A stretch of DNA of 64,000 nt from contig CAWJQQ010000009.1 of assembly GCA_963845065.1 (NCBI GenBank), positions 480,001-544,000 of the forward strand. The letters run 5' to 3'. Position 1 is the first letter of the stretch, and each line of letters opens with the position of its first letter. The DNA is from Nitrospirota bacterium (GTDB lineage: Bacteria; Nitrospirota; UBA9217). Both the position numbers and the translations under genes were made by a program. The notes below the pieces were generated by a model. The model saw only the letters and a list, made by a program, of their open reading frames with translations. It was not told the DNA's origin and ran no database searches. Positions 61,570 to 64,000 of this stretch are shown here, in pieces.

Positions 61570-61795
61570 AGGAACCTCCTGGAAAGAATTAGTTTATGCG
61601 AGAACTAAATTCAAAAGGTAGAAGGTTTCTATGAATAATATTGATGATATCAGACTTGAGCAGTTTCATCAACTGAAGAAAGAGATTCGTGGCTCAAAGA
61701 AGTATTTGATCGTCGGTATTGATGCAGCCAAGGAAAAGCGCAAGGCATAGTTCGGCACGGTGCGCGGTAGAACGCTAATTTAGAATCTGGTTTTT
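61570..61795 (+). pseudogene. IS110-family transposase N-terminal stub with upstream hairpin
   Basis: From ATG 61631: MNNIDDIRLEQFHQLKKEIRGSKKYLIVGIDAAKEKRKA*FGT; contains stop codons. Confidence 0.7.
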
Positions 61796-62563
61796 GTTAT
61801 ACCACAAATTCTTTCTGCTGCTTCATCATGTTCTGAAAATGAAGCAACTTCGGCTGTTGCTCCATAAGAAAATCGCTGTCGTCAAGAGATCGTGGTTAGG
61901 GTTTCTCTCTAATCAGGAAACCCTGCTAGCCAAAGAATGCCACGCAGCAATAGTACGTGAAGATTTGACTTTCTGACAAAAGAAAGACGTTCATCCGGTT
62001 ACAAGGTCCGTACATGCAACAAAATTGATTAATAATAGATAGAAAGGGCAGCATCTTCATCGGACATAGTATATATTTCGATGGGATGTATCCCAGAACT
62101 GATTATCCCGAACTATTACACGTCTACTGCCTGTACGGTCAATTCCTTGGTCGACGCCAGTATGCGATAAGGAGAAATATTTTATTGTCCGCGTTGCAAA
62201 GTCAAAGAACATGATGTGGACACAATTGGTAATTATCTTTTGCTGTGCACCTCCCCGGTGCAACAAATGACACTGCGTCTTTCAAAGGGTCAGCTATCCG
62301 CAAGGAACTGCCCTATTGGGAGCTCCAATTTGGATATGGGAGCATTCATGAACATGAAAAACAAACTATTGGGGACGTCGTTATGGACGTTCAGTTGTAT
62401 ATCTCTTCTGCCAATTTTATAAACGCCTATGCGTTGCAGTAAGTGGGTCACTCCATCGCACTACGTAATTTCTACGATAATAACGACAATTAACTCAAAA
62501 GTGCACGCTACTAACGTAGCCCGAAGGGGACTTTCTCTCCGCCGGCAAGTTTGTTAAGGCTTA

Positions 62564-62705
62564 TTTATAAAACCTGTCCTTGAATACCCAGCAGTTCTAC
62601 TGCTGGGATGAACAGGACAATCCTGACGAAGTCAGGATAAGAATCTGATTGGTTTTAGGTTCTATCGGTTTTGATGCCCCGCAGCTCTGCTGCGGGGTAA
62701 TTCAC
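62564..62705 (+). mobile_element. 142-bp palindromic MITE, second full copy
   Basis: Near-identical to 56772-56913. Confidence 0.85.
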
Positions 62706-62764
62706 TTTTGCTCACTTCTTTACCGATATTGGCCATAATTCGCCGGTATGTAGTATTTTGGTTT

Positions 62765-63524
62765 TGACCACTCCCCATAGTTAAAACTAGGGGGTTCTGA
62801 CTGCAATACCGACAGTCTCTCTGGCAACAACGCAAACATTGCCGGCCTCGATTGTCGTTGATCCGTCTTTGACGGGCGAGCTGCTCTGTCTCCGGTCTGC
62901 GCTTGTACTTACCTTCATTGCTCGCGCGAGACCGAAGCTGGCCGGATGAATCCGACCCATTGCCGCTTCCTGTTGCAGCCTCAACACCGCCCGTTCCAGG
63001 AGCAGGTTTGCACCCGGCCAGGCTACTAGAGCCTGGCGCGTGTTGAGGACATCGTTCAAAACGTACTTTGCGATAAATGCGGAATACAGATCGCGCTATG
63101 CATCCACACCACATGCGCAAACGTGTTGCCGCTTTGAGAGGGGCTTCTTTTTAACTTCACCGCAGTGGCATGTCTCTGAAAGTTTCGTGCTCTGGGTAGG
63201 GAATTCGATTATCTGGCCGCCAGCGTTTTCGGCTTTGCGGCGAAGCATCAAAATAAACATACCCGGAGCTCGTCTTGATACGCTTTTGCCAAATGTTCTT
63301 TGAAAGGCTTCGTACGAAAATTTCTCGGTTTTAATGTTAGTCCCGAGCTTAAGAATCTCATTGGCAAGCTTTCCATGAGATCGTTTTCTCGTTGCAGCGA
63401 GGACCCGCTTAAGCTCTGCAAACACAGCTTAGAGCGCGGTATTGAGTGGAGAAGACCCACTGCTTTTTGCCGGACTTGATTGTGCCGTTCTCGTTGTAGT
63501 TATCTGGATTAGTGGCTCTAAGAC
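62765..63524 (-). mobile_element. IS200/IS605 TnpB element remnant, copy 3 (tnpB 3' half + right end)
   Basis: Highly similar to 49076-49830; 2-nt deletion near 63430; TAG at about 63098. Confidence 0.88.
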
Positions 63525-63624
63525 CGCGTGAGATAAAGCAGACGCCGGAACAGACTATCATTAACACTCATGGCGTGCCGAGAACAATGATAAGGGAGAC
63601 AAAAAAAGCTTTCTCATTTTAGAA

Positions 63625-64000
63625 TTACCTCTTCAAATACAACTCCACCACGGTCGCCCACGTTTTATACCCGTTATTTGTTAAATGCACGCCATCATCG
63701 CACAGATACCCGCGTATGGGATTTCCCTTCGCATCCACGAAGAGGCTGTAAACGTCAAGATAATCCGCATCATGTTCGCGAGCAATATCCATTAGATGGC
63801 AGTTGGTATTTTTGATGATGTTGTTACTGATCCACGTTAACCCCACAGGCAGAATGCTCTGGATTACGATTTTTGATTTTTTGTACCACGTAGTCAGGTT
63901 GCGGATTATCTCCCGGTAAGGGGAAAGAATATCATTCTGGCCGTTCACGATGTTGTTGATGCCGGTCATGAGGAAGATCAAATCAGGGTTATCCACGATA
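63625..64000 (-). CDS. SGNH/GDSL hydrolase, C-terminal part; runs off the window
   Basis: GINN block III, QSILP, DGVHL. Confidence 0.85.
   Translation of the reverse strand, partial: IVDNPDLIFLMTGINNIVNGQNDILSPYREIIRNLTTWYKKSKIVIQSILPVGLTWISNNIIKNTNCHLMDIAREHDADYLDVYSLFVDAKGNPIRGYLCDDGVHLTNNGYKTWATVVELYLKR

Noticed and set aside
61160..62460. Short ORFs at 61160-61534 and 62057-62442
   Set aside because: No recognisable motifs or convincing RBS; they lie in a decayed mobile-element region, so coding status is unsupported.
1..64000. CRISPR array, tRNA or rRNA genes
   Set aside because: No regularly spaced direct repeats or tRNA/rRNA signatures were seen; the repeats found are dispersed IS-derived elements.

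Overview
Bacterial chromosomal window of moderate GC. Gene content and style suggest Nitrospirota or a Desulfobacterota-like organism, but this is an inference only. The housekeeping and metabolic backbone comprises purM (partial), a molybdopterin-binding protein, an A2-type cytochrome c oxidase operon (SCO-coxA-coxC-coxD-coxB-cyoE), beta-oxidation genes (fadD-fadI-fadJ), an RhlB-like helicase, ftsB, GH57, glyQS, ppdK, ribD, a selenocysteine-containing selD and a glucosyl/mannosylglycerate compatible-solute cluster. Mobile DNA is dense: a complete IS607 (TnpA+TnpB) plus an orphan diverged copy of its right end, three right-end-retaining remnants of one IS200/IS605 TnpB element, two families of palindromic MITEs, a decayed YDK-motif transposase, an IS110 stub and an ORF-less group II intron. 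Two riboswitch-like leaders are visible: a c-di-GMP-I-like variant before a CBS gene and a switchable terminator before a ClC gene. The most unusual locus is 27.8-29.3 kb. There an HTH-MNT/HEPN pair with both catalytic motifs apparently substituted is followed by two unannotated 19-20 aa Lys-rich micro-ORFs, each with its own strong RBS. All family assignments come from motif recognition by eye; no database searches were run.
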